Of a DNA stretch of 64,000 nt, positions 49,435 through 59,985 are shown one piece after another. The stretch spans positions 255,264-319,263 of the forward strand of contig CAVYXA010000005.1 in NCBI GenBank assembly GCA_963772365.1, read 5' to 3'. This DNA comes from an uncultured Verrucomicrobiae bacterium. Its GTDB lineage: Bacteria > Verrucomicrobiota > Verrucomicrobiia > Chthoniobacterales > UBA10450. The notes below the pieces were generated by a model. It was not told where the DNA came from. It was given only the letters and a program-made list of their open reading frames with translations, and made no database searches. A program made the position numbers and the translations under genes. The first letter of the stretch is position 1; every line of letters starts with the position of its first letter.

Positions 49435-51129
49435 ATGTCTAGTCTTCTCCGTGGCGCATTGACCTTTCTCGTATTGATCGTGGCCTTATTCCTGATCGGG
49501 CTGCTGGTTTGGCTTTTCCGTTGCAATTGCAATTGCCGGGATCATTTCCGGCCGCCGCCGTGCAATCCTCGGGGACCAAAGCAAGGCGAGACAAGTTATG
49601 CGCCGCTCAACCCGGCATCGGCGGAGCCGCAGCATCCGCGCGGCCATTATCCGCCGATCCCTCCACCGAAGAACCGCGAATATAATGAGGACCATCCGCG
49701 GATCGTCCCGACAGGCCCACAGCGGGGGACGATGGCTCCTTCGGTCCAGGGCTCGAAGCTACTCCCGATCCAAAAGAACAAACCGGCGGGTGGCGCGGGC
49801 GATCCGGTAGTGCTGACGCAATACAATCCGCAGGGGACGAGCGCGAATGTTTCTGGCACGCCGCCTGACCCCAACGCGGCCCGCAACGGCAACGTCATCA
49901 TGCTTTCCTACAACACGCGCGTCATGCTTTCGACCAATGGCGGCACGAGTTATACGGAGCTTGATCCGACGGCGATTTTTCCTTCCGGCCCGACAAAAGA
50001 CTCCGCCGGTAACTTGCTCGATAACGGTCTCTGTTGCGATCAGATCATTCGCTATGTCCCGCGAATCGACCGGTTCGTCTGGCTGATGCAATTTTGTGGC
50101 ACTGGAACCGGAGGATGTCTTACGGGAATTAACAAGGTCCGGATTGCAGCCGCGAGCACTCAGGATGTGATCAACGGGGCTGGCGCGACCGGATGGACTT
50201 ACTGGGACCTTGCCTCCGCCACTTTCAATCTTGGGTCAACGACGATGGATTACCCCGACCTCTGCGTGGGCGATAACTTCCTCTACTTCAGCGCCGACGC
50301 GGTCAGCCAGGGTTTGCTAGTCGTGCGCATCCCGTTGACTGAGATTCGTGACAGCCAGACGATCAACATGGGTTACACTTCTCCCTCGGACGGGACGAAC
50401 ACAGACGGCTCAACGGCCTACGGATCGCATATTTCGCAGAACACCGGAGACACGCTTTTCTGGGCTGGAAGTCCGAAGAACACTCAGCTTCGGGTATTCT
50501 CGATGGCGGAAGGCTCCAATCAGTATTCGTCGCGCGACATCGACATCGATAGCTGGCCAAATGGAACGATCACCCTGAACGCGCCCGACGGCGTCGATAA
50601 CTTTTCCTTTGGCTGGCCGGGAAACGCGATCACGGGCGCGACGCGGCGGACGAACACGGAAGTTTGGTTTGCCTGGAACGCATCGAGTAATTCCAACTTC
50701 AAGAACGCCCATGTGGAAGTGGTGGAAATCAACACCTCCAATTTCACCAAGGTAACGCAATGGCAGATTTGGAATGATAGCTACGCTTTTGTCGATCCCT
50801 ATCTCTCTACCAACGCGAACAGCGAAGTGGGCATCTCTCTCGCCTGGGGTGCGGCCGGCACTAACTACATGAGTCATGCCGTAGGAATATTGGGTGATTT
50901 CGTTGTCTGGTATCCGGAACTGAGCACCGCATCGCCTACTGCTTCGCAGGTCCGCCTCGGCGATTATTTCAGCGTCTCGCGTAACCCGGGTAACCCGCTG
51001 TTATACGATGCGAGCGGGTACGCCGTTTTGAAACAGGCGGCGCCGGCTACCGGCTGGTATTTCGATCCGTACTATATCCAGTTCGGGCGTGACTCGGTGG
51101 CGAACGGCGGGACTCCCGGGATCCACTGA
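49435..51129 (+). CDS. Membrane-anchored hypothetical protein (Cys/Pro-rich linker, beta-rich domain)
   Basis: N-terminal TM, RCNCNCR, Pro-rich linker, GLCCDQ…DYPD…GDY. Confidence 0.7.
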   Translation: MSSLLRGALTFLVLIVALFLIGLLVWLFRCNCNCRDHFRPPPCNPRGPKQGETSYAPLNPASAEPQHPRGHYPPIPPPKNREYNEDHPRIVPTGPQRGTMAPSVQGSKLLPIQKNKPAGGAGDPVVLTQYNPQGTSANVSGTPPDPNAARNGNVIMLSYNTRVMLSTNGGTSYTELDPTAIFPSGPTKDSAGNLLDNGLCCDQIIRYVPRIDRFVWLMQFCGTGTGGCLTGINKVRIAAASTQDVINGAGATGWTYWDLASATFNLGSTTMDYPDLCVGDNFLYFSADAVSQGLLVVRIPLTEIRDSQTINMGYTSPSDGTNTDGSTAYGSHISQNTGDTLFWAGSPKNTQLRVFSMAEGSNQYSSRDIDIDSWPNGTITLNAPDGVDNFSFGWPGNAITGATRRTNTEVWFAWNASSNSNFKNAHVEVVEINTSNFTKVTQWQIWNDSYAFVDPYLSTNANSEVGISLAWGAAGTNYMSHAVGILGDFVVWYPELSTASPTASQVRLGDYFSVSRNPGNPLLYDASGYAVLKQAAPATGWYFDPYYIQFGRDSVANGGTPGIH

Positions 51130-51232
51130 TCGCGCGCCGCGGATCAGTGGAAGTTCAACACAAGAGGTGTCGATACCGGCACCCGACACGCGCTCGCCAT
51201 TGCAACCCCACGGCGTTGCAACATCTTGGCTG

Positions 51233-53686
51233 GTGATTCAGGGATTCTCGGTTGGGCTGACGATTCCCGATTTGTGGCAACAGGAAGCGGTCCGGGCGTT
51301 GCAACAGGGGAAAGATGTGGTCGTGCAGGCGCCGACCGGTTCCGGTAAGACTTACATCTTCGAGCTACTTTATTTGAACCTGAAAGACCAGGCAGTATTT
51401 ACTGTCCCGACTCGTGCACTGGCTAACGATAAGATGGCGGAATGGCGCGCTCGGGGCTGGGACGTGGGCATTGCCACCGGCGATGTGGCGCTGAACCTGG
51501 ATGCGCGAGTTATTGTCGCCACGCTCGAGACGCAACGCGGCCGGTTCCTGCGCGGGGAAGGTCCGGGCTTGCTGGTGATGGATGAATTTCAAATGCTCGG
51601 CGATCCGATGCGGGGCGTTCATTACGAGCTGGCGGTTGCTCTCGCTCCAAAACATACCCAGTTGTTGTTTCTCAGTGGCAGCGTGGTGAATCCGCAAGAC
51701 GTCGTCGCCTGGTTGCAACGGATCGGGCGCGATTCCGTTTTGATCGAACATCGAGAACGACCAGTCCCGTTAGAAGAAGCGGACCTGTTCGGATTGCCTG
51801 ATTCGCAGTTTGTGCAGTCGCGTAATTTTTGGGCGCGAATGGTCGGACGCGCCGTTCGAGCGGAGCTTTCACCGGTTCTGATCTTTGCACCGCGTCGGGC
51901 TGCCGCGGAACAGATCGCCAAAGCCATTGCATCAGCGGTGCCGGTGCGCGAGCCGTTGCGACTCACTCCGGCGCATGAAGCGGCTGCCGGAAGGGAATTG
52001 ACCAAGCTGTTGCGCAGTCGCGTGGCTTATCATCATAGCGGATTGAGCTATGCAGCCCGGGCTGGCGTCGTGGAAGCGCTGGCGAAATCCGGGCAGCTCA
52101 ACGTGGTCGTCGCGACGATGGGTCTGGCCGCGGGTATTAATTTTTCCATGCGCTCGGTGATCGTGACCGATCGGCGTTATTTCGCCAATAATTTCGAGCG
52201 ACAGGTCGAAGCGGATGAGCTTCTGCAAATGTTCGGGCGCGCCGGCCGGCGCGGGCTGGATGAAATCGGTTACGCGCTTTACACCAACGATCTTCCCCGG
52301 CTGAGCGATGCGCGGCCGCGGCAACTTAAGCGGGCGTCGCAGGTCGATTGGCCGAGTCTGATTAGTGTGATGCATACGGCTGCCGAACGCAGCGGGAAAT
52401 CTGAGGTCGGAAGTCAGACGTCAGCGGTCCGCGGTCGGACGTCGGAGGAAAATGCGTTCCGCGCAGCGGTAGAACTGACGCGCTCGTTGTTTAGTGTTCA
52501 GCAGGTGCCGTTAGGCGTGGAACATTCGCTGGAAACCGGCCCGCGCCCCTGCGGTTTTTGGGTAACGGACGAGCGCGCGAGATTTGTCAGGCGCGGTGTA
52601 ACGGAAATGTTGAACTCGCGCGAAGAATGGGAGCCAGAGCCGTCGGCGGAAAATGTGACCCTGGGCGTCGCATTCGTCCGCGAGAATGATCGGTGGCGAC
52701 GCGCCTTGCTCCGGCCGCGCATGCTCGACGGAATCGGCACCGGAAATCTCTGCCGGCTGCCGAATCCCAATCGTTATGGAAGAGAACTGCCGGTGGCGAC
52801 AACTCTGCCGTCTTGCGATCTTGCGCTGGTGAAGTGGTTGAAGAAAGCGATCGGCAGGCGCGTTGTGACAAAGAGCGAGTTTGAAACTGAAATCGCAGCG
52901 CGGCTGCCTGAATTCGTTAAGCCAGGAGTGATTGTCGCTCTTGTCACGCGTGGCCGCACCATCACGATCCGGATTGATTATTCAAATGTGCCGATCGCAG
53001 CGCACATTGATGCGTCAGGCAGAGCGCTGGTGAATCCACCGAAGCGCGAAAATCTGCCAGAGGTTTGCCGCGGCTGCGACCAGCTCGAGCACGATAAAAC
53101 AGTACCCATCGTGAATTCACCGGCCTACGCCTGGCGTCATCTGGGTTTAGTCGAACCTGATGGCACGCCAACGACGCGCGGGATGATCTTCTCTTTTTTT
53201 CATGGAGGCGAGGGACTCGCCATCGCCGCGGCATTGGAAGACGAAACGTATCCGATAGGCGATCTGGTGTTCGATATCGCAAATATTCGCGCCGGCCCGC
53301 GTTTTTCTGGAGAAGATGCGCCGATGGGCGGGCGGCTCGGGATTTTGTGTCAGCGTCTATATGGCCGGGCCGATTATCCGGGTTATCTGACGATGGGTGT
53401 GCCGGTGCAATACGGCGCCGGCGCATCGGAAGTGGTGCGCGAAGTGGTGGCCGATCCCCGATCGAAATACAAACTCATTGGCGACATGCTTCGTCACGGC
53501 GATATCGAACGCGCGCTGGTGGAATGGCGGAGTCTGTTGCATCGCATCGTCACTGCACCGCCTTATCCTTTACCGCGCTGGAACGAATTGAAGAAAGCTG
53601 CGGGCGAGCTCATAGAAAAAACTGTATCGCCGACTATTGTCGATCTTGGGGGTTTGCTTCCGGTTCAGCAACGCCGCATTTCATGA
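51233..53686 (+). CDS. Ski2/HelY-like DExH helicase (start approximate)
   Basis: WQQEA, APTGSGKT, PTRALAN, DEFQ, HHSGL, QMFGRAGRRG. Confidence 0.88.
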   Translation: MIQGFSVGLTIPDLWQQEAVRALQQGKDVVVQAPTGSGKTYIFELLYLNLKDQAVFTVPTRALANDKMAEWRARGWDVGIATGDVALNLDARVIVATLETQRGRFLRGEGPGLLVMDEFQMLGDPMRGVHYELAVALAPKHTQLLFLSGSVVNPQDVVAWLQRIGRDSVLIEHRERPVPLEEADLFGLPDSQFVQSRNFWARMVGRAVRAELSPVLIFAPRRAAAEQIAKAIASAVPVREPLRLTPAHEAAAGRELTKLLRSRVAYHHSGLSYAARAGVVEALAKSGQLNVVVATMGLAAGINFSMRSVIVTDRRYFANNFERQVEADELLQMFGRAGRRGLDEIGYALYTNDLPRLSDARPRQLKRASQVDWPSLISVMHTAAERSGKSEVGSQTSAVRGRTSEENAFRAAVELTRSLFSVQQVPLGVEHSLETGPRPCGFWVTDERARFVRRGVTEMLNSREEWEPEPSAENVTLGVAFVRENDRWRRALLRPRMLDGIGTGNLCRLPNPNRYGRELPVATTLPSCDLALVKWLKKAIGRRVVTKSEFETEIAARLPEFVKPGVIVALVTRGRTITIRIDYSNVPIAAHIDASGRALVNPPKRENLPEVCRGCDQLEHDKTVPIVNSPAYAWRHLGLVEPDGTPTTRGMIFSFFHGGEGLAIAAALEDETYPIGDLVFDIANIRAGPRFSGEDAPMGGRLGILCQRLYGRADYPGYLTMGVPVQYGAGASEVVREVVADPRSKYKLIGDMLRHGDIERALVEWRSLLHRIVTAPPYPLPRWNELKKAAGELIEKTVSPTIVDLGGLLPVQQRRIS

Positions 53687-53838
53687 AGGGAACCGATCCC
53701 GATATCAGAAAGTGTTGACCCGGCAAATTTTATAGCGGGCGAAAAGTTTGTCTTGACATACTTCGGTCAACTCTGGCAGCATCGCGACCGTAATTGTTGG
53801 AATTCCACCAAGACTTGAACTTGAAAAAACTGAAAACA

Positions 53839-54492
53839 ATGAAAATTAAAAAGAATTATTTAGGTCTGTCTGCCATTCTGGCCGCCGCTCTGTTCACCAC
53901 GATTTCTGCGAGAGCAGATGTCCTTTACAGTACATTGGGGCCAAATGACGAGTTCGATGCGGCAAATGGTTACTTTGTAGATGGCTCCAATTTTTTTAAC
54001 CAGGTGATTGCCAGTCCGTTTACTGTCAGCAGTGCGGCAATGTTGGATGATGCCATGCTGGGATTAAACAATTTCGCGGGCTCTAACAGTCCGGTCAATG
54101 TGTTCGTGGAGTCTGATGCCGGTGGGATGCCGGGAATCATCCTGGCCACGCTCACGCAATCAGGGGTGATTCCGCCATTTAATTCCGAGACATTGACTCT
54201 ATTCACGCCCACAGGCAGCTTACTGCTGGCGCCGGGCACCTACTGGCTGGTGGCGCAGGAAACCGATCCGGCTACGGAACAAACGTGGGATTTCTCTTTC
54301 GGCGATACCCAAAATGGCATCGCATTTAATCAAACGGGAAGCGCGACTGGTCCCTGGACCACATTCACAGGTACCGATGTGGCCTTCCGGGTCGACGGAA
54401 CCGCCGTTCCGGAACCGAGCTCGTTTGCGCTTCTCGGCGCTGGCCTTTTGGGCGTGGTGGCGTTCGCTCGGCATCGGCGCGCGCGCAGCTAG
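53839..54492 (+). CDS. PEP-CTERM sorting domain protein
   Basis: Signal peptide (ARA-D), LAPGTYWLVA, VPEPSS + TM + RHRRAR. Confidence 0.9.
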   Translation: MKIKKNYLGLSAILAAALFTTISARADVLYSTLGPNDEFDAANGYFVDGSNFFNQVIASPFTVSSAAMLDDAMLGLNNFAGSNSPVNVFVESDAGGMPGIILATLTQSGVIPPFNSETLTLFTPTGSLLLAPGTYWLVAQETDPATEQTWDFSFGDTQNGIAFNQTGSATGPWTTFTGTDVAFRVDGTAVPEPSSFALLGAGLLGVVAFARHRRARS

Positions 54493-54664
54493 GTCGTTCT
54501 TCTCTGGGGCTGACGCGAAGCTGCGTCCACCCTCATTAAGCGGGGCGGGTGCCACGTAGTGGCTAGGCAGTCGGCTTACAATGCAGGCGGCCTGCGTCCC
54601 GCAGAGTCCATAGTTATTTTTCGGATTCACATGGAGCCACGCGGTTGTAGCATCGACAATCGCT

Positions 54665-55165
54665 ATGCCACCGGGTGAAGCTCTTGATGTCGCGGCGCAG
54701 GTGGCAGTGACCCTTGCTGGATTTGCTGGGATCGTGGTGGTGTTTCGGCCACAAGCGATTCACGAATGGTCGGCGATAGACCGGTTGCGTCTGCGATTGC
54801 TGCTGGCCAACTCGGCATTGCCGCTGGTTAGCGCACTGTTCGGAATTCTGCTGCTCACAGTTAATCCGCCGCCAGTCGCAATCTGGCGTTGGTGCAGTGG
54901 GTTTGCTCTCTTCGTAAGTTTGCCGTTCATCATTTCGAATTCCGGTATTGCTCGCCGGATTTCTGCGCAAGAAATCGCTGGCTTTCACAAAACGATTTAC
55001 TATTCACTCGCGGCGTTCGGCACGGGCGCGCTGGTGCTTCAAATCATCAACGTTTTTTGGTGGAACCGGTTCTGGCTATTCTTTGCGTCAATATTTGCTT
55101 ATCTGGTCGCAGGCATCGTGCAGTTTGTTCGATTTCTTCTCTTGCCGCACAGATCGCAGCGATGA
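54665..55165 (+). CDS. Hypothetical multi-TM membrane protein
   Basis: AQVAVTLAGFAGIV; about five hydrophobic segments. Confidence 0.7.
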   Translation: MPPGEALDVAAQVAVTLAGFAGIVVVFRPQAIHEWSAIDRLRLRLLLANSALPLVSALFGILLLTVNPPPVAIWRWCSGFALFVSLPFIISNSGIARRISAQEIAGFHKTIYYSLAAFGTGALVLQIINVFWWNRFWLFFASIFAYLVAGIVQFVRFLLLPHRSQR

Positions 55166-55243
55166 GCGATGGCAAGTGATATCTAGAAACGAAAAGGGGC
55201 AAAGCCTTCGGCAGGCGACATGGGCGCACCGAGGTTTTGGGAC

Positions 55244-55981
55244 TCACCACGGAATCACTTTTCGATCGCGCACGAACTTTGCAGTCAGTGATTGGGGCGC
55301 CTCGGCGGCTAGCCACACAATGCCGGATGCGCCCTCCGCCACGGACCGGTCGGCGTTCGAACCGCCCATGTCAGTGCGGACCCAGCCTGGACAAACGGAG
55401 TTGACCGCAAATTTCGGCAGTGCCGCGGCCAGCTGCGAGGTCACGCCGTTGAGCGCCGTCTTCGAAATGCAATAAGCCGGCGCCCAACCCTCAGCGCCGT
55501 CAGACAATTGGCCGCCGCCGCTGGAGACATTCACGATTCGCGGGGCGTCGCTCTTTCTTAGAAACGGGACAAATGCTTGTGACACCAACAGCGCGCCGAG
55601 CGCATTGGTTCGCAATGTATTCTCGAAAATGTCGGGCGTGATCGACAGGATATCTTTGCCGTCATCGAGCAGAATTCCTGCATTGTTCACCAATGCGTCC
55701 AGTCGATCGCTCTGTTTTCCAAATTCTTTCGCCGCGCTTGCGATGCTGTCGATGTTGCTGATGTCGATCTTGAGGAACGTGACACCCGCGCCGGTGCGAT
55801 GTTCGACACGAGATTCCTCCTTCGCTTCGCGATCAAGCTTTTCTGCGGCCGCACGACCGGCGTCCTCATTACGTGCGCCGAGAAAGACGCGAAAACCTTC
55901 ACGCGCGAGTTGCCTTGCGACCTCAAAGCCGATTCCCTTGTTGGCGCCGGTCACGAACGCGACTCGTTGTTTGGTATTCAT
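55244..55981 (-). CDS. Short-chain dehydrogenase/reductase
   Basis: TGANKGIG, NNAG, VSS, YCISK, PGWVRTDMG. Confidence 0.92.
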   Translation of the reverse strand: MNTKQRVAFVTGANKGIGFEVARQLAREGFRVFLGARNEDAGRAAAEKLDREAKEESRVEHRTGAGVTFLKIDISNIDSIASAAKEFGKQSDRLDALVNNAGILLDDGKDILSITPDIFENTLRTNALGALLVSQAFVPFLRKSDAPRIVNVSSGGGQLSDGAEGWAPAYCISKTALNGVTSQLAAALPKFAVNSVCPGWVRTDMGGSNADRSVAEGASGIVWLAAEAPQSLTAKFVRDRKVIPW

Positions 55982-56169
55982 CTCAGAAATATCGCTCAGG
56001 AATTCAGGAAAGCGCGATCAGAAAGATATCTCCGGGCAATCGAGCACGCCTTCGCTCTTCGCAGGAACCTGCTACTATCACGCTCCGCCCCGATCAAATT
56101 TTTCACGTAAGGCGGAACTTTCTTATCCTATTTGGACAAGCTGGTACGGAACTCGCGATAAGGAAGGAG

Positions 56170-57021
56170 ATGTTGCATGGAATAGGGAAGATTCGACTGC
56201 CTCCGGTCAGCCGTCGGGCTGGGGAGTCGCTTCGGGAAAAACGCGATAATCTTGTGGGCGATTATGGTCTGCTGATTGTCGGATTGCCGGCACTGTGCTG
56301 GTTTGTCTACGCGATTGAACAGGTTCATCAAGCATCCCAAGCCGCTCCAGAGGCGAAGATTTGGTTTTCCCTGGCCATTGTGTGCACGGGCATTGCAGTT
56401 ATCGCGTTTTGGCGATTGATGGCGTTCGTGCGCCGGATAAACCGTGGCGAGCGCGGAGAACTTCATGTTGCTGATGTTTTGGAAAAATTACGGGCCGACG
56501 GCTATACACCGATCCACGATATTGTGGGCAAAAATTTTAACGTCGATCATGTTCTGGTCGGGCCTGGCGGTGTGTTTGCGATTGAGACGAAGTTTCGTTC
56601 CGGCAAAGGCGAGATCATTTTTCGAGATGGAGAAGGGTTGTTTGTCGGTGGCCGCGTGGAAGAAAAGGATTGCTTGAAGCAAGCACGCGGAAACGCAGCG
56701 ACGATCAGCCGGTTGATCCAACACAACTGCGGGAAACAAGTGTGGGTTTGGCCGCTCCTGGTTTTCGTCGGCGATTGGCGAGTGAAGGATGACTGGTGCA
56801 ACACCGATGCGCGGGTGTTCACGCCAGATCGCTTAACGCGTTACATTCGTGATCAGCAGCCCCGGCTCAAACGCAGTGAGATCGAGCTGATTGCGTCCCA
56901 GCTGGAACGCTGCGCGGACCAGGAACATATTTGGCGAACAGCCAATCACCAGACTCGGAAATCGCGCCTCATAGCTTCGACGGTGGAAGGCAGAGGTCAG
57001 AGAGCGGAAATCAGAAGTTAA
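56170..57021 (+). CDS. Membrane-anchored NERD nuclease-related domain protein
   Basis: Two TMs then GERGE…HD…NVDHVLVGPGGVFAIETK; AGGAAGGAG upstream of ATG. Confidence 0.8.
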   Translation: MLHGIGKIRLPPVSRRAGESLREKRDNLVGDYGLLIVGLPALCWFVYAIEQVHQASQAAPEAKIWFSLAIVCTGIAVIAFWRLMAFVRRINRGERGELHVADVLEKLRADGYTPIHDIVGKNFNVDHVLVGPGGVFAIETKFRSGKGEIIFRDGEGLFVGGRVEEKDCLKQARGNAATISRLIQHNCGKQVWVWPLLVFVGDWRVKDDWCNTDARVFTPDRLTRYIRDQQPRLKRSEIELIASQLERCADQEHIWRTANHQTRKSRLIASTVEGRGQRAEIRS

Positions 57022-58828
57022 TAGCCGGGCGGCGGATATCCGTAGGGCGGTGGAGGAACATAGCCTGGAGGCGGACCGGGCGGGGCATAGTAAACGCGGC
57101 GATGAATGATGGCTGGCGTGCGCAGATAACGCGGCGACCTGGCTACAATTTCGCCGGATGGCAGACGAAATAGCATTCTGCCTTCCCGAGTCCGCCCGAC
57201 AAAATAGGCGTGTGTCCAGTGTCCATGTCGATGCGAATTAGTTTCATCGTGCTTTTTCGAAAACTTTGTCCCGGAACGCGTCTTTATCTTCGGGTGGGAG
57301 GCCGCGGCATCTTTCGGTGAGGTAACTGGTACTTCATCAGAATCGTGATCCTCATCTGCTGCGGATGGTGGTTCCGGTTCACGATGATGATCGGTTGCCG
57401 CCCTTGTTTCAGCTTTGGCCATCAACGGCGGTGATGGCGTTGTCCGCGGCTTCTTGGCGGCATCAGTTGAGTTGTTAGTCTCATCCTCAGGAGTCGCCGA
57501 GTGAGTTGTGGCGCGGCGAGCATCGACAACCGCTGGTGGAGTTGGTGAAGCAGTATCCGATGAGGAATCCGGTTTCGATGGATCGACGCTGACCAAACAG
57601 GTGGGGATGTTGGTGCAGGCCCCGGAGGCCCCGAAGACGTTGCCAAAGTAGTTGCAGGTTTCCTCTCTTTGCTCGCGAGCGGCAAGCCACTCGGCGAAGG
57701 CTGAGCAACTGCTGAAGATTCCTTCGCCGAACGAATTTTCGCTGACGAATGAATCTGGGCCGGCGGCGCGACATTTGTCGATTCAGCGACGGGGACGCCG
57801 ATCGGAACGCCGACTTCTTCAACAGAGCGCCGGTGATGAAAGACGCGGGGGTAGACAACTACGCCGATCGCGGCGACGGCGATGAGGAGCGCTGCGACAA
57901 CTAATCCCCCGCGCAGAACTTGCGCGATCGGAGATGGAGATCGCATGATTTTTTTCTGCACGTCAGCAGCGAGCGGTAATCCGAGCTTGCGGGCCATGGC
58001 CATATCCCGTTCCAATGCGACTGGATCGACGGGGCGATAATCGGGATTTTCGGCCAGCATCGTGCTCAGTAATGATCGCAGCGGCTTGGGCATTGATTTG
58101 AGTTGCGGCAACCGCCGGGGCCCGCGGCGCTTCAGATTTGCCGGATCATTCCTTGGCAACGGAACAGCGCCGGTGAGCAGAAAGCAGAGTGTCGCACCCA
58201 AAGAGTACATTTCGGAGCGAAAATCGATTGGGCGATCGAGCACCTGCTCCGGGCTGGCGAACTGCGGCACCACTGCGGGCGCCAGGTCGCGTGCTTCAGT
58301 GCTTTCGTGATGAAGCTCCAGGGCCGCGAGACCGAAATTCAACAGCTTAATGAAGGGCCATCCCCCGCTGGGCGATTCCCCGTTCAAAATGATAATGTTC
58401 GAGGGCTGAATCGCGCGATGGGTGAGACCATGAAAAGCGGCTGCCGCAGTCGCCCTTACTACCTGTAATCCGATGCGGAGTGCTGCATCCGGCGGCAGTG
58501 GACCATGAGCCACCACCCACGCATCGGCGGTTTCGCCGATCAAGCGTTCGGTCACAAACGCGAAATAGCCGTTCTGAATCCCGGCGGCAAACACGCGAGC
58601 GACGTTGACGTGGTCGATCTGGCAAACCGCTTTTGCGCGTGCTTGAAATTCCTCGGGCAGCGTCTGGTCGATGGATGAAAGCGGCACCAGTTGAAGCAAG
58701 ACCGGCTCGTTCGATTGCTCATCGACAGCTTTGTAAACAATCGCAGCGCCGGTTCGCCCTATTTCCTCCGGTTTATCCTCCGCGTCGCGGCGGATTTTGT
58801 ATCGTTCGAAAAAAACTTCGCTTTCCAT
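57018..58828 (-). CDS. Membrane Ser/Thr kinase-fold protein with degenerate catalytic motifs; frameshift near 57596
   Basis: VYKAVD, HVNVARV, FASPEQ, SEMYSLGATL; TM at ~aa 305-325; Pro/Ser-rich extracellular tail continues in ORF 57018..57596. Confidence 0.78.
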
Positions 58829-58938
58829 ATCGCCCCTCCTGCAAGGAAATACCCCGGCGCCGCGTATTTTCTCTTTAAATAGGAATCGGAATCCGGATTC
58901 GGCGCGCGCCTATTCCAGCCTCAAGTCTTGGTGGCGCG

Positions 58939-59009
58939 CTACCCCGCTTGGATTCGAACCAAGAATAACGCCTCCAAAGGGCGCTGTGTTACCGTTACAC
59001 CACGGGGTA
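58939..59009 (-). tRNA. tRNA-Gln(TTG)
   Basis: TACCCCG/CGGGGTA acceptor, GCGCC-CT TTG GA-GGCGT, GGTTCGAATCC. Confidence 0.93.
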
Positions 59010-59072
59010 ATGATGAGTCCGAATAGCTTTGTCGCGTTTGGCGCAAAGCGCAACGATTCGAACCAAGAATAA

Positions 59073-59090
59073 CCCCGAAAGCTTTCGGGG
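59073..59090. repeat. Perfect 18-bp palindrome (REP-like)
   Basis: CCCCGAAAGCTTTCGGGG. Confidence 0.6.
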
Positions 59091-59126
59091 CTGAGCATCG
59101 GCGACGAACTTTAGGAAACCAAAGTA

Positions 59127-59846
59127 TTAGACAAGCACTGGGACGCTGTTTTGATCGACGTTAAAACGTGAGTATTTCACATTGGCCAGAATCGACCGGA
59201 TGTGAGTCACGATTTCATCAGGCGCGACCGGTTTGCGCAAGAACCCAGCCAGACCAGCTGCCATGAGCCCTTGCAATCGTTCCTGTTGAATGAATCCGGT
59301 GCACATCACGACCGGCATATCGGGCCGGAGCTCGCGGAGCCGTCGAAATGTTTCTTCTCCATCCATGAAGGGCATCGTCAAATCCAGAAGCACCAGATCG
59401 TATTGAAAAGGATGCGGCCGGAAGTGATCGAGGCACTCGAATCCCGATTGCGCAGTGGTGACTTGATAACCAGCCTCGGTGAGAATCCGGCTAACGAGAC
59501 CCAGGGTAACCTGTTCATCGTCCACTACAATGATCCAAGGTTTCTTTGTCTTGGAAGAAAAATTTGGGTGCTGTTTTCCAGACGTCATGAATTCCGGATT
59601 GATGATCTCTTTCGCTGCCGCACCACCTGCGCGTGTAGCCAAATCAGCTGCCAGTTTCTCGGCCCGCTCGATGGTAGCCCGCAATGTTGCAAAATGCTGA
59701 TCCCGGTGCTGTTCACTTTCACCGCCGCGCTCGACTAACGCGCTGGTATTCGAAATGATCTGAAGCAAATTGTTCAGTTCGCTCGTCGCGGTCGCCATCG
59801 GGTCGGCCATGGCATCCCGCGCCGGAGTCTCGCTCTTGCTATCCAT
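59127..59846 (-). CDS. Response regulator receiver protein with N-terminal HisKA-like helices
   Basis: [23 protein letters not shown]-terminal [10 protein letters not shown]. Confidence 0.85.
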   Translation of the reverse strand: MDSKSETPARDAMADPMATATSELNNLLQIISNTSALVERGGESEQHRDQHFATLRATIERAEKLAADLATRAGGAAAKEIINPEFMTSGKQHPNFSSKTKKPWIIVVDDEQVTLGLVSRILTEAGYQVTTAQSGFECLDHFRPHPFQYDLVLLDLTMPFMDGEETFRRLRELRPDMPVVMCTGFIQQERLQGLMAAGLAGFLRKPVAPDEIVTHIRSILANVKYSRFNVDQNSVPVLV

Positions 59847-59985
59847 AATAACTTGAAGTCCCTACTGTGTACCGCTAATAAAGCAGGCTGGATGCCGTTT
59901 TTGAGACATCAGTCAAAATGGCGCAGTGCTGGAGGGGGGAGCCCACTCGCCAACTGGCTGAACCGCGTTATCTTTAATGTTCCCA

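Noticed and set aside
51089..51232. N-terminal extensions in the ORF track (helicase; likewise 26495, 35154, 37476, 55873, 13704, 4850, 3334)
   Set aside because: They overlap neighbouring genes or repeat elements; downstream starts fit family N-termini better.
53753..53770. TTGAC-N8-GTCAA as an FNR/CRP box
   Set aside because: Spacing does not match TTGAT-N4-ATCAA; it may simply be a -35 element, so it is unsupported as a named site.
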